DNA of 64,000 nt, taken from positions 1 to 64,000 of the forward strand of contig CBDBDQ010000003.1 in the NCBI GenBank assembly GCA_965203905.1, read 5' to 3'. Positions 31,909 through 42,246 of the stretch are shown here, piece by piece. The notes below the pieces were generated by a model. That model was not told the origin of the DNA. It made no database searches and saw only the letters and a list, made by a program, of their open reading frames with translations. Origin of the DNA: Spirochaetia bacterium (GTDB lineage Bacteria > Spirochaetota > Spirochaetia > SZUA-6 > Bin103). The translations under genes were made by a program, and so were the position numbers. The first letter of the stretch is position 1. The number at the start of each line of letters is the position of its first letter.

Positions 31909-34263
31909 TCACGGCTCGCTCGGTCGGGGCATGCGGTAGCCGACCCCGCGCTCGGTCAAGATATAGGTGGGCTTGGTGGGGACATCACCGAGCTTGCGAC
32001 GCAGAGTCTTCACGAGAGTGCGAACCCGCTCCGAGCTGCCTGAGTGGGGCAGGCGCCACACATGGCGCAGCAGGTCGTCGTAGGTCATCAGGCGCCCCGC
32101 GTTGACCGAGAGTACGCGCAGCAATTCGTATTCGGTCGCCGTCAGCAGTACCTCGCGATTCGCCACGGTCACGCGGCGTTCCAGGTAGTAGATGGAGAGC
32201 CCCTCCAAGACGAACGGTTCGCCCGGTTCGGGTTCGGTGCGCCGGCGTAGCGCCGCGTTGATGCGCGCGGTGAGCTCGGTCGCCGAGAACGGCTTGACGA
32301 TATAGTCGGCGGCGCCGGTCTCCAGAGCCTTGGCGATAGTCTCGCCGCCTTCGTAGCCGGAGATGAAGATGACCGGCAGATCGGCCAGTTCGGGGAGCTG
32401 CTCCATCAGCTTGATCCCATCGGTCCCCGGCAGCACCAGGTCCAGTACGATCAACTGGGGCCGCTCGAGGCGGATGATGTGGGCCAACTCCTGATGGTCA
32501 CCGGTGACGATCGGGTCGTAGCCCGCGGCGGAGAGTGCGTCGCGCACGTAGCGCAGCATCAGCGGATCGTCGTCTACCACGAGGATGCGTGTCGGCTCAG
32601 GTCCTTCCCACGCGCGCGACCTGCTCGGGGCGAGCTCGCGCGCCGAGCCGGCGGCGGTGTCCGCCACAGGAATCGTGAAGGTGACCCGCATGCCCTGGCC
32701 CTCACCGGCGCTCTCGGCCCAGATGCGGCCACCGTGGGCTTCCACCAACCCCTTGCAGATGGCGAGTCCCAAGCCGGAGCTGCCGAGTCCGCGCTCCGCG
32801 TCCCCGACACCGATGTGTTTCCGAAACAGCTGCGAAAGCCGCTCCTGCGGCATGCCCCTGCCTTGGTCGGAGACCGAAATCGCCACGTGCACCGCGTCCT
32901 GCACTGCGGCGACCCGGATCGGGGAGGAGGCTGGGGAATGCTGGGAGGCGTTGGAAAAGAGGTTGTTCAGGACCTGGACGATGCGGCGCCGGTCAGCCTT
33001 CACCTGAGGCAGATCCGGCGGCAGGTCAATGGAGACGGCGTGCCGGCCGCCGCCGCTGAGGAACGTGTTCCTCGCCTGGTCCACCAAGGCGGTCACCTCC
33101 GACGGCTCGGGGACGATTGTGATGGTGCCGGTGTCGATGCGACCCACATCGAGCAGGTCGGCGGTCAAGCCGCGCATGTGATCGGCCTGGTCGTCGACAA
33201 TGCGGAAGAACTGCAGGACTTCGGCCCATTCCAGGGGCTGAGTGGCGCCCAGGACGGTGGCGGCTGATCCCTTGATGGAGGTCAGCGGCGCGCGCAGTTC
33301 ATGGCTCACCATACTCAGGAATTGGGCACGCGAGCGCTCCATCTCTTCGAGCGGCGCCAGATCCTGCACCGTGACGACCAACGACTCGACAGCGCCATCG
33401 GCGGAGTGGATCGGCGTCGCGTTGACCAGCGTGGTAACGCTGCGGCCGTCGGGGACCGAGAGCACGAATTCCTCTGCGCGTACCTTGGCGGCGGTGATCA
33501 GCTCCGAGGTCAGGAGTCGGTCCAGCGTAATCTCGCTGCCATCGGCGCGGCGCCAGGTGATCACGTGCAACAGCTCTGCCGGAGACTGACCCGGGCCGCA
33601 CAGGACTTTGACAATCCGCTGCGCCTCGCGATTGATGGAGGTCAAGGTTCCCGTCTTGGCATCGAAGACCGCGACGCCGACTGGGGAGGTGTCGATCAGT
33701 GCCTCGAGCTTGGTCCGCGCGCGCAGCTCGTTGCGGTAGGTGCGAGCGTTGGCGACTGCGGCGGCTGCCTGCGAAGCGAACAGGACGAGGACTTCCACGT
33801 CCTCGTTGGTGAACTTGCGCCCGCCTTCCTTGTCGGTGAGGTAGAAGCTGCCGACATGCACACCCCGATGGCGCATCGCGGTACCCACAATGCTCTTCCA
33901 GTGCACCAGATCTGCGGAGAAACCAAGCCCGCGCACGAAAGCGGACAGGTCGCTGAGTTGGAAGGGTGAGGGAAGGTCACGGATATGCTCGAACAGGCGT
34001 GGCCCGTCAGGCCAGGCCTCGAGCTGCCGGTGGTCGTCGGCGGAGATGCCCGAGCTGACGAAGTCCAGGGGCTGTCCGGCGTCGTCGATTGTCGCGATGA
34101 CGCCGATGCGGGCGCGGGTGAGCGCGCGGGCTCCGGCTACCACTTCGCGCAGCACAGTGTCGAGGTCGAGGCTGTCGCTGATGCGCAGAATTGCCGCGCT
34201 CAGGGCGGAGATGCGCTCGTGCAGCGCGTTGTTGCCTTGCTCACAGTCGTCAGGGCTCTGCAT
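31909..34263 (-). CDS. Hybrid sensor/regulator GAF-PAS-HisKA-HATPase-REC-wHTH (paralog of 14462..16804)
   Basis: SHELRAPL, NLFSNA, GLGLAICK, LVVDDD, KPF, ERGVGYR; colinear with the first copy. Confidence 0.93.
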   Translation of the reverse strand: MQSPDDCEQGNNALHERISALSAAILRISDSLDLDTVLREVVAGARALTRARIGVIATIDDAGQPLDFVSSGISADDHRQLEAWPDGPRLFEHIRDLPSPFQLSDLSAFVRGLGFSADLVHWKSIVGTAMRHRGVHVGSFYLTDKEGGRKFTNEDVEVLVLFASQAAAAVANARTYRNELRARTKLEALIDTSPVGVAVFDAKTGTLTSINREAQRIVKVLCGPGQSPAELLHVITWRRADGSEITLDRLLTSELITAAKVRAEEFVLSVPDGRSVTTLVNATPIHSADGAVESLVVTVQDLAPLEEMERSRAQFLSMVSHELRAPLTSIKGSAATVLGATQPLEWAEVLQFFRIVDDQADHMRGLTADLLDVGRIDTGTITIVPEPSEVTALVDQARNTFLSGGGRHAVSIDLPPDLPQVKADRRRIVQVLNNLFSNASQHSPASSPIRVAAVQDAVHVAISVSDQGRGMPQERLSQLFRKHIGVGDAERGLGSSGLGLAICKGLVEAHGGRIWAESAGEGQGMRVTFTIPVADTAAGSARELAPSRSRAWEGPEPTRILVVDDDPLMLRYVRDALSAAGYDPIVTGDHQELAHIIRLERPQLIVLDLVLPGTDGIKLMEQLPELADLPVIFISGYEGGETIAKALETGAADYIVKPFSATELTARINAALRRRTEPEPGEPFVLEGLSIYYLERRVTVANREVLLTATEYELLRVLSVNAGRLMTYDDLLRHVWRLPHSGSSERVRTLVKTLRRKLGDVPTKPTYILTERGVGYRMPRPSEP

Positions 34264-34626
34264 CGCTGGTCATCCTCCGGACAGGCCTTCGAAGCGGCAG
34301 TTTACTGAACATATCACGGAAAATCACGAACTATAGCCCACTTCATCATACTGATCTCACAATAGCCCATCTATAATTCGCTCGGCGAACTGTCGTCAAG
34401 AGGCGCCCCAGGTCAAAAGGGGTCTAACGGGGGATGGTGCAACCGTTTCACAAAGGCGATTCGGGGTCCGCCTAATCGACCCTTGTGGACGACCACGCTT
34501 CAGCGCATCGAGGAGAGACTGGACAACTGATGCCAGCAGTCGCGCCGAGTTGGACCGGGAGACGAAACCGGTGATGGCCGCTACGCCGGCTACCGACCCG
34601 CGGCTGACCGTGAAGGCCGGTGACAC

Positions 34627-36651
34627 GTGCTGCGATTAGCTGAAGAGCTGTTGCTCTTGCTGTTGGACGAGAAGACCGGCGACTTCTCCGATGTCCCGGA
34701 CCGGATCCTTGGATACGCCCTGGCCGGGGCGGCGCTGATGGATCTGTCCCTTGAAGGTAGGATCGACACCGACCCGAGCGCCCTCATCCTGCTGGATTCC
34801 ACCCCTACCGGCGATGACCTGCTGGATCCGATTCTGGCCGACATCGATGCCGTCGTGGCGGCGCACCCGAACCTGCCGGCCGACTTCTGGGTGCGCCGGG
34901 TTGCCGGGAACGCCGACCAACTGCAAACCAGAGCGCTGGCCCGGCTGGTGCAGCGCGGGATCCTGGACACCGACGATGGCGGTGGCATCTTCTCTCTGAC
35001 ACCCCGAGTGTCGCGCACCCGGCGCTATCCCGTTGTCGATGAGGAACAGGAGCGGGAGATCCGCGACCGGATCATGGGCGTCCTGTTCACCGAGGATGTT
35101 CCGACGCCGGAGGAAGTGTGCATCGTCAGCCTCGCCCACGCCTGCGGCGCCTTCGAGCGGATTCTCACCCCCTCCGAGTACGCAGAGTTGCAGGAGCGAA
35201 TCACGTTAGTGGCGCGGCTGGACCTGATTGGGCAGTCGGTGACCGGCGCGGTTCGCAAGGTAAGCGTCGCCTACCGGGAGGAGCTGCGCCAGCGGATCCG
35301 GCGCGCCGGTGGCGGCTGGCCGGTGGCCTCAGGCCGACTGCCCGTGCTGGGCCATGCGCTGCAGCTCATGGGGAACCTGCGTGCTTACCTGACCGAGCAG
35401 TACCGGCGCCACGGGCCGATCTTCGAGGTCCAGGCGCCGGGCCGTAGGCTGCTTGTTCTGGCGGGTCGGGAAGCCAACGTGTTCATGGTACGGGAGGGCA
35501 AGACGCACCTGCGCTCCTGGGAGCAGTGGTCCGGATTCGCCCACGAGGTGGGTACGCCCCGCGTGGTCACCGGGCTGGACGGAGCGGACCACTTCCAGCT
35601 TCGGCGTGCGCTGAAGAATGGCTACTCGCGCAGGTTCTTCCAGTCCCAGATTCCCCTTGCCGTCGCCGCGATGGACCTGGAGCTCGAGGAATGGGCACCG
35701 GGTCAGGCGATTCCGGGCCAGGCTCTGATGCGGCGGGTGACCACCGACCAGATCTGCCGTCTGGCCGCCGGCACTTCGGCCCGTGAGCACCTCGACGATG
35801 CGTACCGGTTCATGAGTGCCCTGAGCCGGGTGTACATCTTCCAGAAGGCCCCCCGGCTGCTGATGCGCCTGCCCGCGGTGCGGCGCTCGCGGCAGCGTCT
35901 GGAGACGGTCTTCGAACAGATACTGGCGGCCCATGAGCCGGAGCTGCGGGTGGGGTGCGACCGCAACCTGATAGATGACCTGATGGAGCTGCACCGCTCG
36001 TCAGCGGAGTTCATGGGCGGCGGCGATTTGTTCATCAACGTCATGGGTCCGTTCCTGTTGGGGTTGGACACCGTGGCCAGCAGTTCCGCCTTCCTGCTCT
36101 ATGAGGTCTTGAAGGATCCGGCCCTGACCGCGCGGGTGCGTGCCGAGGCCGATGCACTGTTCGCCAACGGTCTGCCCACGCGGGAAGGTCTGCAGGCGAT
36201 GGAGACCACCAGGCGGGCGATGCTGGAGACCCTGCGCATGTACCCGATAGCGCCGGTGCTGGTGCGCACGGCGACCAATTCCTTCGACTTTCGCGGCTAC
36301 CACGTGCCCGCCGGCAGCATGCTGTTGATGGCGCTCTCGGTGACCCACTACCTGGAAGAGTTCTTTGCCGACCCGGACCGGTTTGACGTCGACCGCTTCT
36401 CGCCGGAGCGGGCGGAGGGCTCCGGGCCCAGTGTGTTTGCCCCGTTCGGCCTCGGGCGCCACGCCTGCCTGGGACAGGGCTTCGCCCAGGAACAGATGGT
36501 GCTCAACCTGGCGACGCTGCTGCACCGGGCGGAACTGGCGCTGGATCCGCCCGGCTACCGGATCAGGATTGACCACTCGCTGGCACCGAAACCGGCCCGC
36601 AACTTCAAGGTCGAGTTGCTGCGCTGGCGAAGGGGGCAGCGCTTGTCCTGA
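34627..36651 (+). CDS. Fusion of GPP34/GOLPH3-like domain and cytochrome P450
   Basis: N-terminal LAEELLLLLLD...LAGAALMDL.LEGRI...PTGDDLLD..L...LVQRGIL...RRYP (GPP34-like). C-terminal P450: LPVLGH, GLDT, ETLR, FSPER, FGLGRHACLG heme motif. Confidence 0.85.
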   Translation: MLRLAEELLLLLLDEKTGDFSDVPDRILGYALAGAALMDLSLEGRIDTDPSALILLDSTPTGDDLLDPILADIDAVVAAHPNLPADFWVRRVAGNADQLQTRALARLVQRGILDTDDGGGIFSLTPRVSRTRRYPVVDEEQEREIRDRIMGVLFTEDVPTPEEVCIVSLAHACGAFERILTPSEYAELQERITLVARLDLIGQSVTGAVRKVSVAYREELRQRIRRAGGGWPVASGRLPVLGHALQLMGNLRAYLTEQYRRHGPIFEVQAPGRRLLVLAGREANVFMVREGKTHLRSWEQWSGFAHEVGTPRVVTGLDGADHFQLRRALKNGYSRRFFQSQIPLAVAAMDLELEEWAPGQAIPGQALMRRVTTDQICRLAAGTSAREHLDDAYRFMSALSRVYIFQKAPRLLMRLPAVRRSRQRLETVFEQILAAHEPELRVGCDRNLIDDLMELHRSSAEFMGGGDLFINVMGPFLLGLDTVASSSAFLLYEVLKDPALTARVRAEADALFANGLPTREGLQAMETTRRAMLETLRMYPIAPVLVRTATNSFDFRGYHVPAGSMLLMALSVTHYLEEFFADPDRFDVDRFSPERAEGSGPSVFAPFGLGRHACLGQGFAQEQMVLNLATLLHRAELALDPPGYRIRIDHSLAPKPARNFKVELLRWRRGQRLS

Positions 36652-37798
36652 TGGCAAAGCGGTCGAGATCCCCCAGGTACTACGATCTGGACGCCCTGCG
36701 CGCCGTCGCGATGATGCTGGGCATCCTGCTGCACGCATCCCTATTCGTGCTGCCGGAACCCGTGTTCCTGTGGCCGCTCCACGACGCCGGCGCCGCCGGC
36801 AACCGGGTCTACCGCCATCTCATCGACCTGATCCACGGGTTTCGCATGCCGGTGTTCTTTCTCCTCAGCGGTTTCTTCAGCGCTCTGCTGTGGCAGCGCC
36901 GCGGCCTACGGGCGCTGTGGAAGCAGCGGCTGCAGCGCGTCGGACTTCCCTTCGTCGCGGCCTGCTTGATCGTCCTTCCGGCCAGCGTCGGCATGCTGTC
37001 GCTGGCGGCCGGCCGGCAGGAACCGTACGACTTTCCGATCTGGGCGCTGCCACTGATATGGGTCGAAACCCTGGGCCATCTGTGGTTCCTGTGGTATCTG
37101 ATGCTGCTGCTGGGCTGCATGACGGTGGCGGTGCGGCTCGGTGTCCGGTTCGAGCACCGCTACGCCTGGTGGCTGGCCGTTCCACTCTCTGCCGGGGTTA
37201 CGCTGTTCATGAACGAGCCGGTGTGGGGGGCGGACACCGCGGTAACATTGCTGCCGGAGTTGCCTCTGCTGGGCTATTACTTCTGCTTCTTTGCCCTGGG
37301 CCTCGTGTTCTACCAGCGGAAGACCGCAGTCCGCGCCTGGTGGACGGTGGCCCTGATTCCGGCGATCCCGGTGTTGTGTACCTGTTCGGAATCAGCCTGC
37401 TGCAGCAGTACCAGGGCGAGGTGCCGGTAGCCGAGATAGCTACCCAGGCTCTGTTCAGAGACCCGCTCACCCTGCAGGCGGCTTTCTTCGAAGTAGGCTT
37501 TGCGTGGCTGATGGTGTTCGGCACGATGGGCTTGTTCCGGTGGGTTGCCTCACGCGAAAGCCAAGTGTCCCGGTACCTGTCGGATGCCTCGTACTGGATG
37601 TATCTGTCGCATCTGCCCCTGGTGGTGCTGATGCAGTGGCTGGTCGTGGACTGGCCGCTCCACTACCATCTGAAGTTTCTCCTGGTGTGCTGCTCGGTGA
37701 CGGTACTGGTGCTGGCAAGTTACCAGTGGTGCGTGCGCTACACATTCATTGGCAGAGCCCTCAACGGCCCGCGGTCGCGGCGGGTCACCAATGCGTAG
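36651..37798 (+). CDS. Acyltransferase family 3 (OpgC/MdoC-like) membrane protein, frameshifted near 37370
   Basis: RYYDLDALRAVAMMLG..LH, IHGFRMPVFFLLSGFF, HLWFLWYL; second frame RYLSDASYWMYLSHLP...YQWCVRYTFIG..LNG. Confidence 0.85.
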
Positions 37799-37945
37799 CC
37801 GCGTGGCAGAGCTGGTCGACCGTCGCGGCGGCACCGAGCTCCTGGAGTTGCCGGAGTGAGCGACGTCGAGGGCTGGGCCGACGCAACCAGCGCCGGATAT
37901 GTGTGACCATCTACGAGAGCGGAATAGTCAACTACACGATGTTCT

Positions 37946-38305
37946 GTGGGCCAAAAAATAGATGGTGACGGTCCCGTGATGGGATTGACGTGTGCACCAG
38001 AAAACACCTACTTAGCTTCCATATCGCCTGAACGGGATTTCCAATTCGACGTTTCGCAAACCACTGTGTCATTTGATCCCAGCCTTCACCCACACGATGA
38101 AGTCCCCGGCGTTTGGAGAACTCTGGACAATGCTGCTTTCACATTCGACTACAACACCGTCGACCAGCTCGTAAGACTCCTACAAACAAGCCGTCAAGGA
38201 TTTATGGCTTGGAAAGTGGAAGATGGTCCGTGGACGGATTCTCGTCATCCTTGGCGACCCACCATGTTCGGCATGGATGCAAGACGATTCGCGATTCCTC
38301 GCTAG
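37946..38305 (+). CDS. Hypothetical protein (low GC)
   Basis: ORF in a lower-GC patch; boundaries uncertain. Confidence 0.4.
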   Translation: MGQKIDGDGPVMGLTCAPENTYLASISPERDFQFDVSQTTVSFDPSLHPHDEVPGVWRTLDNAAFTFDYNTVDQLVRLLQTSRQGFMAWKVEDGPWTDSRHPWRPTMFGMDARRFAIPR

Positions 38306-38338
38306 CTTCAACTATGTTCGAGGATTGGATAAAAAACT

Positions 38339-38554
38339 ATGAGTGAAAAACCTGATATGGCCTTTGCAGCGATTATGACCGGTTTGTCTTTCGCGATTCA
38401 GAATCTTGACCCTCAAGCTGCACAAGTGTTTCTTGTACAATTTGAAACATCTTGCCTATCACCTGAGGTCCGGGCAAAGACCAACCTGACAAGTCTTTAC
38501 GAAGCCAAAATTCGGCGATTCTTTCAACATTTGCATCAGTCGTTGAACGCATAG
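38339..38554 (+). CDS. Hypothetical protein (low GC)
   Basis: 71-aa ORF; may be a frameshifted continuation of the previous ORF. Confidence 0.35.
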   Translation: MSEKPDMAFAAIMTGLSFAIQNLDPQAAQVFLVQFETSCLSPEVRAKTNLTSLYEAKIRRFFQHLHQSLNA

Positions 38555-38635
38555 GACACCTCCACAGTCCCCCTCGTAAGGGTTGGGATTGACCGGTTGG
38601 GAATAAATGAGTATATTCCGAATTGGAGGGATGTT

Positions 38636-39106
38636 ATGAGAAACGTCTTAGCTGCGATCCTAATGATCGCAGCCGTTACGTGGCTTGGAGCGCAAGAGCT
38701 TGAAGTAATACCTACCGATACGGTCAACTATGCAGGGTTGTGGATAAACAATTCTGATTCCATCGTGTTGTATCTCGACACGGACGGAACCTACTTCAAG
38801 TTGACACTTGGCGGCTCGGAAGAACAGAAGGAAACCGGACAGTGGGGAGGAACAATTACAATCTCACCTCGACTCGGCGCAGTTGGAAACTCTCTGATTT
38901 TAGAGCCAGACGAGGGTGATACTCAAGAATTGATACTTTGGCCACTCAGTGAAACTTTGTGCGATTTTCGCGCAGGGTTTGTGTGCTACAAACCTCACGC
39001 TTTTTTCAAACCTGAACCATCCCCACCAGAGTGCGATGCTGACACAGACACTGAGGACTGTCCTCCACCACAACCAAAGAAACCGGAAGACGACAAACCA
39101 GGTTAG
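38636..39106 (+). CDS. Secreted hypothetical protein
   Basis: GGAGG RBS, signal peptide MRNVLAAILMIAAVTWLGA|Q. Confidence 0.7.
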   Translation: MRNVLAAILMIAAVTWLGAQELEVIPTDTVNYAGLWINNSDSIVLYLDTDGTYFKLTLGGSEEQKETGQWGGTITISPRLGAVGNSLILEPDEGDTQELILWPLSETLCDFRAGFVCYKPHAFFKPEPSPPECDADTDTEDCPPPQPKKPEDDKPG

Positions 39107-39124
39107 TTAGGTATGTTATCGCCC

Positions 39125-39618
39125 ATCGAGTTGATGGAGTCCGTCCCCGAGCTGGCCGATATTCCAGTGAAATCGTTCTCTCCGCCTACGGACGGGACGA
39201 GACGATAGCCAGTGCCCTGGACGCGGGCGCCGCGGACTACATCGTCAAGCCGTTCTCGTCGACCGAGCTGACGGCGAGAGTCCGCGCGGCACTGCGTAAG
39301 CGGAACAGACCTGACCCCTTCCTGGTAGCGGACCTGGCAATCGACTACGGGAAGCACCGCGTGACGGTCGGCGGCAAGCCGGTGCGGCTGACCGTGACTG
39401 AATACGAGTTGCTGCGCTTGCTCTCGATCAACGCGGGACGGGTAATGACTTACGAATCACTGTTGAGACCGATCTGGGGAGAGCGGGAGGAGTCAGTGCC
39501 GGTGCGCACTTTCGTGAAGAAGCTGCGCCGCAAGCTCGGCGACGACCCGGCCAGCCCGACCTACATCTTCAACGAGCGTGGGGTCGGCTACCGCATGGCT
39601 GCACCGGGCGAGGTGTGA
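39125..39618 (+). pseudogene. 3' remnant (REC end + wHTH) of a third hybrid sensor/regulator
   Basis: IELMESVPELADIPV/frameshift/SAYGRDETIASALDAGAADYIVKPFS...LRRKLGDDPASPTYIFNERGVGYR; 5' part missing. Confidence 0.85.
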
Positions 39619-40209
39619 GATCGCTCATCCTCGGGACGGCCGGGCTGGTACCGCGCGGTTGGCCTACCAGGAGGGAGAGGCGGACCGCTTCTCAGACGAG
39701 CCCCTTCACCACCTCGGCTGCACTCAACAGCGTTGCGGCCAACTTCGTGGCCGCAACGGTCCTGATCCGGTGGAAGTCCAGTCTGCCCCTCTGGCGCGGG
39801 TACACCATGCGGGCTCTGCCACCGGGGACCTCATCCCTGTGCTGATGTTCCCTTCTTGAAGGCTCCGGGTCCCCGGAGGCTCGGGCGGTGGTGGTGGCGG
39901 CCGGCCCGTCAGTTCTTCGCACCCGGGGAGCGCATGGAGAACCACTGCCGAATGCCAGGGGCGCACCGCTACCCAAATCGAAGCACCATCTTCAACTCCA
40001 GCAGAAGCTTGAACGGCCCTCCCAGGCGGCCGCGGCGCGGTCCAGATCGACGCCCCCCGCCTTTGCATGCGTAGAAACGGCCTCCGGTTCGCCGAATGCA
40101 CGTTGCCCTCCTTCCATCATCACAAAAAATCACGCGCAGGACGAAAAAACTCACTGTAACGACACTCTCTAACGTCGACGTAATGAGTTCCGGTCCTCAT
40201 TCTTCGCAT

Positions 40210-41241
40210 ATGCCCGAACCTCATCAGCAGAGACAACTGCCCGCCAGCTCGATGCCCGGCCTGATGATGGGAGCGGTGGTCATCTTCACGATTGTGGTAT
40301 TCGGGGCCTGCACCTTGGAACAGGGGCCGGAAGGCGAGCCGCTGAACTGGGCTACCGTAGTAGCAGATGCCAACCTGGCCGACTCCGTCTACGCCATCGG
40401 GGTCGAAGTTGCCGGCGCCGGCTTTGCCGAAGAGGATGCAGCAGAGGACCCGGGACGGTTCGGGTTCATCTTTATCGGCACCGGGTTCGCCGCCCACTAC
40501 CCCGATACCATTTGGACCAACGCCCATGTAGCGGAGGCCGTACGTGAAGCCATGGGGGTTGTCGTAGACGACGCCGGCAACGTAGCCGTTACCGCAGTCC
40601 CGGTCGCCGTGCGGTCCGGCACCGCTATCGGTGGTGCTCACACGCACCGGCTGAACATGGATACGGCCCGGATCCACCCGGAGTACGATCCGGAGCTTCT
40701 CCATTCTCCCGACCTTGCCGTGTTCCACCTTGATGACGGGTCATTCCGGGACGTGCCATCGTTTCTCCCCCGAGAGCTCGCCACCGGGCTGCAGGCAGGG
40801 CAGCCGGTCGGTACCTTGGGGTTCCCCGGTGAGATAACGGCTCTCGAAGCGGCACCGATTGCCACCTTCAAGGATGGCACCATCAGTGCGTTGCGGCCGT
40901 ACGACTTTGAGGAGATCGAAGTTACGCCGGAGAACAGTAAGCTGGTTCAGTTCAACCTGGGCCAGACCGGGGGAACCAGCGGCAGCCCGGTGTTCGACCA
41001 CGAAGGCTTCATCGTAGCGGTGTCCTGTTGCGGCGTCGGAGTTGTCGTGGTTGATGAGGAAGGCTTCCCGGTTGTGATCCCCATCGGCGATCTCGATTTC
41101 GGTATCCGCGTTGATGAGGTGTGGACGTTGATCGACCTCATCGAGGCTGGCGGCGCGGCGGCGGCAGCCGGTACCAGGGACTATCCGCACGCCAGCTACC
41201 GCGCTTACCCAAAGGACTGGAACAGCCAGACGAGGTTCTGA
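40210..41241 (+). CDS. Trypsin-like serine protease, probable lipoprotein
   Basis: GTGF, WTNAHVA (His), PDLAV (Asp), GGTSGSPVF (Ser); lipobox-like VFGAC. Start uncertain. Confidence 0.85.
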   Translation: MPEPHQQRQLPASSMPGLMMGAVVIFTIVVFGACTLEQGPEGEPLNWATVVADANLADSVYAIGVEVAGAGFAEEDAAEDPGRFGFIFIGTGFAAHYPDTIWTNAHVAEAVREAMGVVVDDAGNVAVTAVPVAVRSGTAIGGAHTHRLNMDTARIHPEYDPELLHSPDLAVFHLDDGSFRDVPSFLPRELATGLQAGQPVGTLGFPGEITALEAAPIATFKDGTISALRPYDFEEIEVTPENSKLVQFNLGQTGGTSGSPVFDHEGFIVAVSCCGVGVVVVDEEGFPVVIPIGDLDFGIRVDEVWTLIDLIEAGGAAAAAGTRDYPHASYRAYPKDWNSQTRF

Positions 41242-41569
41242 TAACGGGCGCGCAAAGGCGAGTGCTCCGCGTCGCTGCGTGGGTCGCCGCAGTCGTCGGC
41301 GCGGTGCTGCTGGTGCTGACGTTCGTCCTGCGCGGCTACTCGTACCGGACTCGTACCTGGCGCTTATGTACCCTGTGCCGACGGTCGTGGTGGTGGCGCT
41401 GCTGGTTTGCGCGTTGGTGGCCGGCGTCGCGCTGGCACTGTTGCCGCTGGCGTTGCTGGTCTCGGCGTGGTTGTGGTGGTGGATTGAATCGGGAGCACGG
41501 AAGGCGCGGTCCGCGAAGCCGTATCGCACGGCGGGCGATACGGGGGAACACACACATAGGAGCAGAGCA

Positions 41570-42019
41570 TTGACTCTCGCAGAACTCATCGAAAAGGCAA
41601 AGGCGCAAGGCATCGAAGTCATGGAGCGCCTCGCATCGGTACCCAAGTCCACAACCACCAACGAGACCCCCAAGCCGAGCACATGGGAGTATCTCATCGA
41701 CTCCCTGGTGCAAGCAGGGGAAGGGAGCTACATCCACCTCACCGAAGCAATCTCCATCATGAAGGCACGCGGCTGGGTCACGAAGTCCAAGTCGGAGAAC
41801 GGAACCTACCGCACGGTCCACTCGTCTACCTACAAGGCATGCAAGGATTCCCGCAAGGGGTACATCGCCCAGGCAGACCTGTGGGTCGATCGCACCAAGG
41901 CGAAGGATGGACTGTACGCACTGCTTCCGGGCATCTCGGAGGAGCTGCAGGCCAAGCACTCCGCTTGGATCGAAGGCAAGGAGTGGGAGCAGAACGACGA
42001 GCAGTATGCTGAAGAGTAG
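41570..42019 (+). CDS. Putative winged-helix (HARE-HTH-like) protein
   Basis: AGGAG + TTG start; visibly similar to the N-terminal half of 42247..43167. Fold call is inference. Confidence 0.55.
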   Translation: MTLAELIEKAKAQGIEVMERLASVPKSTTTNETPKPSTWEYLIDSLVQAGEGSYIHLTEAISIMKARGWVTKSKSENGTYRTVHSSTYKACKDSRKGYIAQADLWVDRTKAKDGLYALLPGISEELQAKHSAWIEGKEWEQNDEQYAEE

Positions 42020-42246
42020 GCAATGACCTTCTCATTCGCGAAGCAGGCCAAGCGCAAATCCCAGCGCTGCGGCAGCATGGCCACGATCGTCACGAGCAGC
42101 CGCTGCAGCTTCGTCAACTGCGCCATCTGCGGCCGCCACCGTGTCCACCCGGACGCGCCGAGGAGCAGTCTGCGCTCGGCGCAGCGGATGGGGCTCACTG
42201 ACTGTGGCGCTCCGTTCGGCAGCGGCATCCAGGTGACGGCAGGTGG

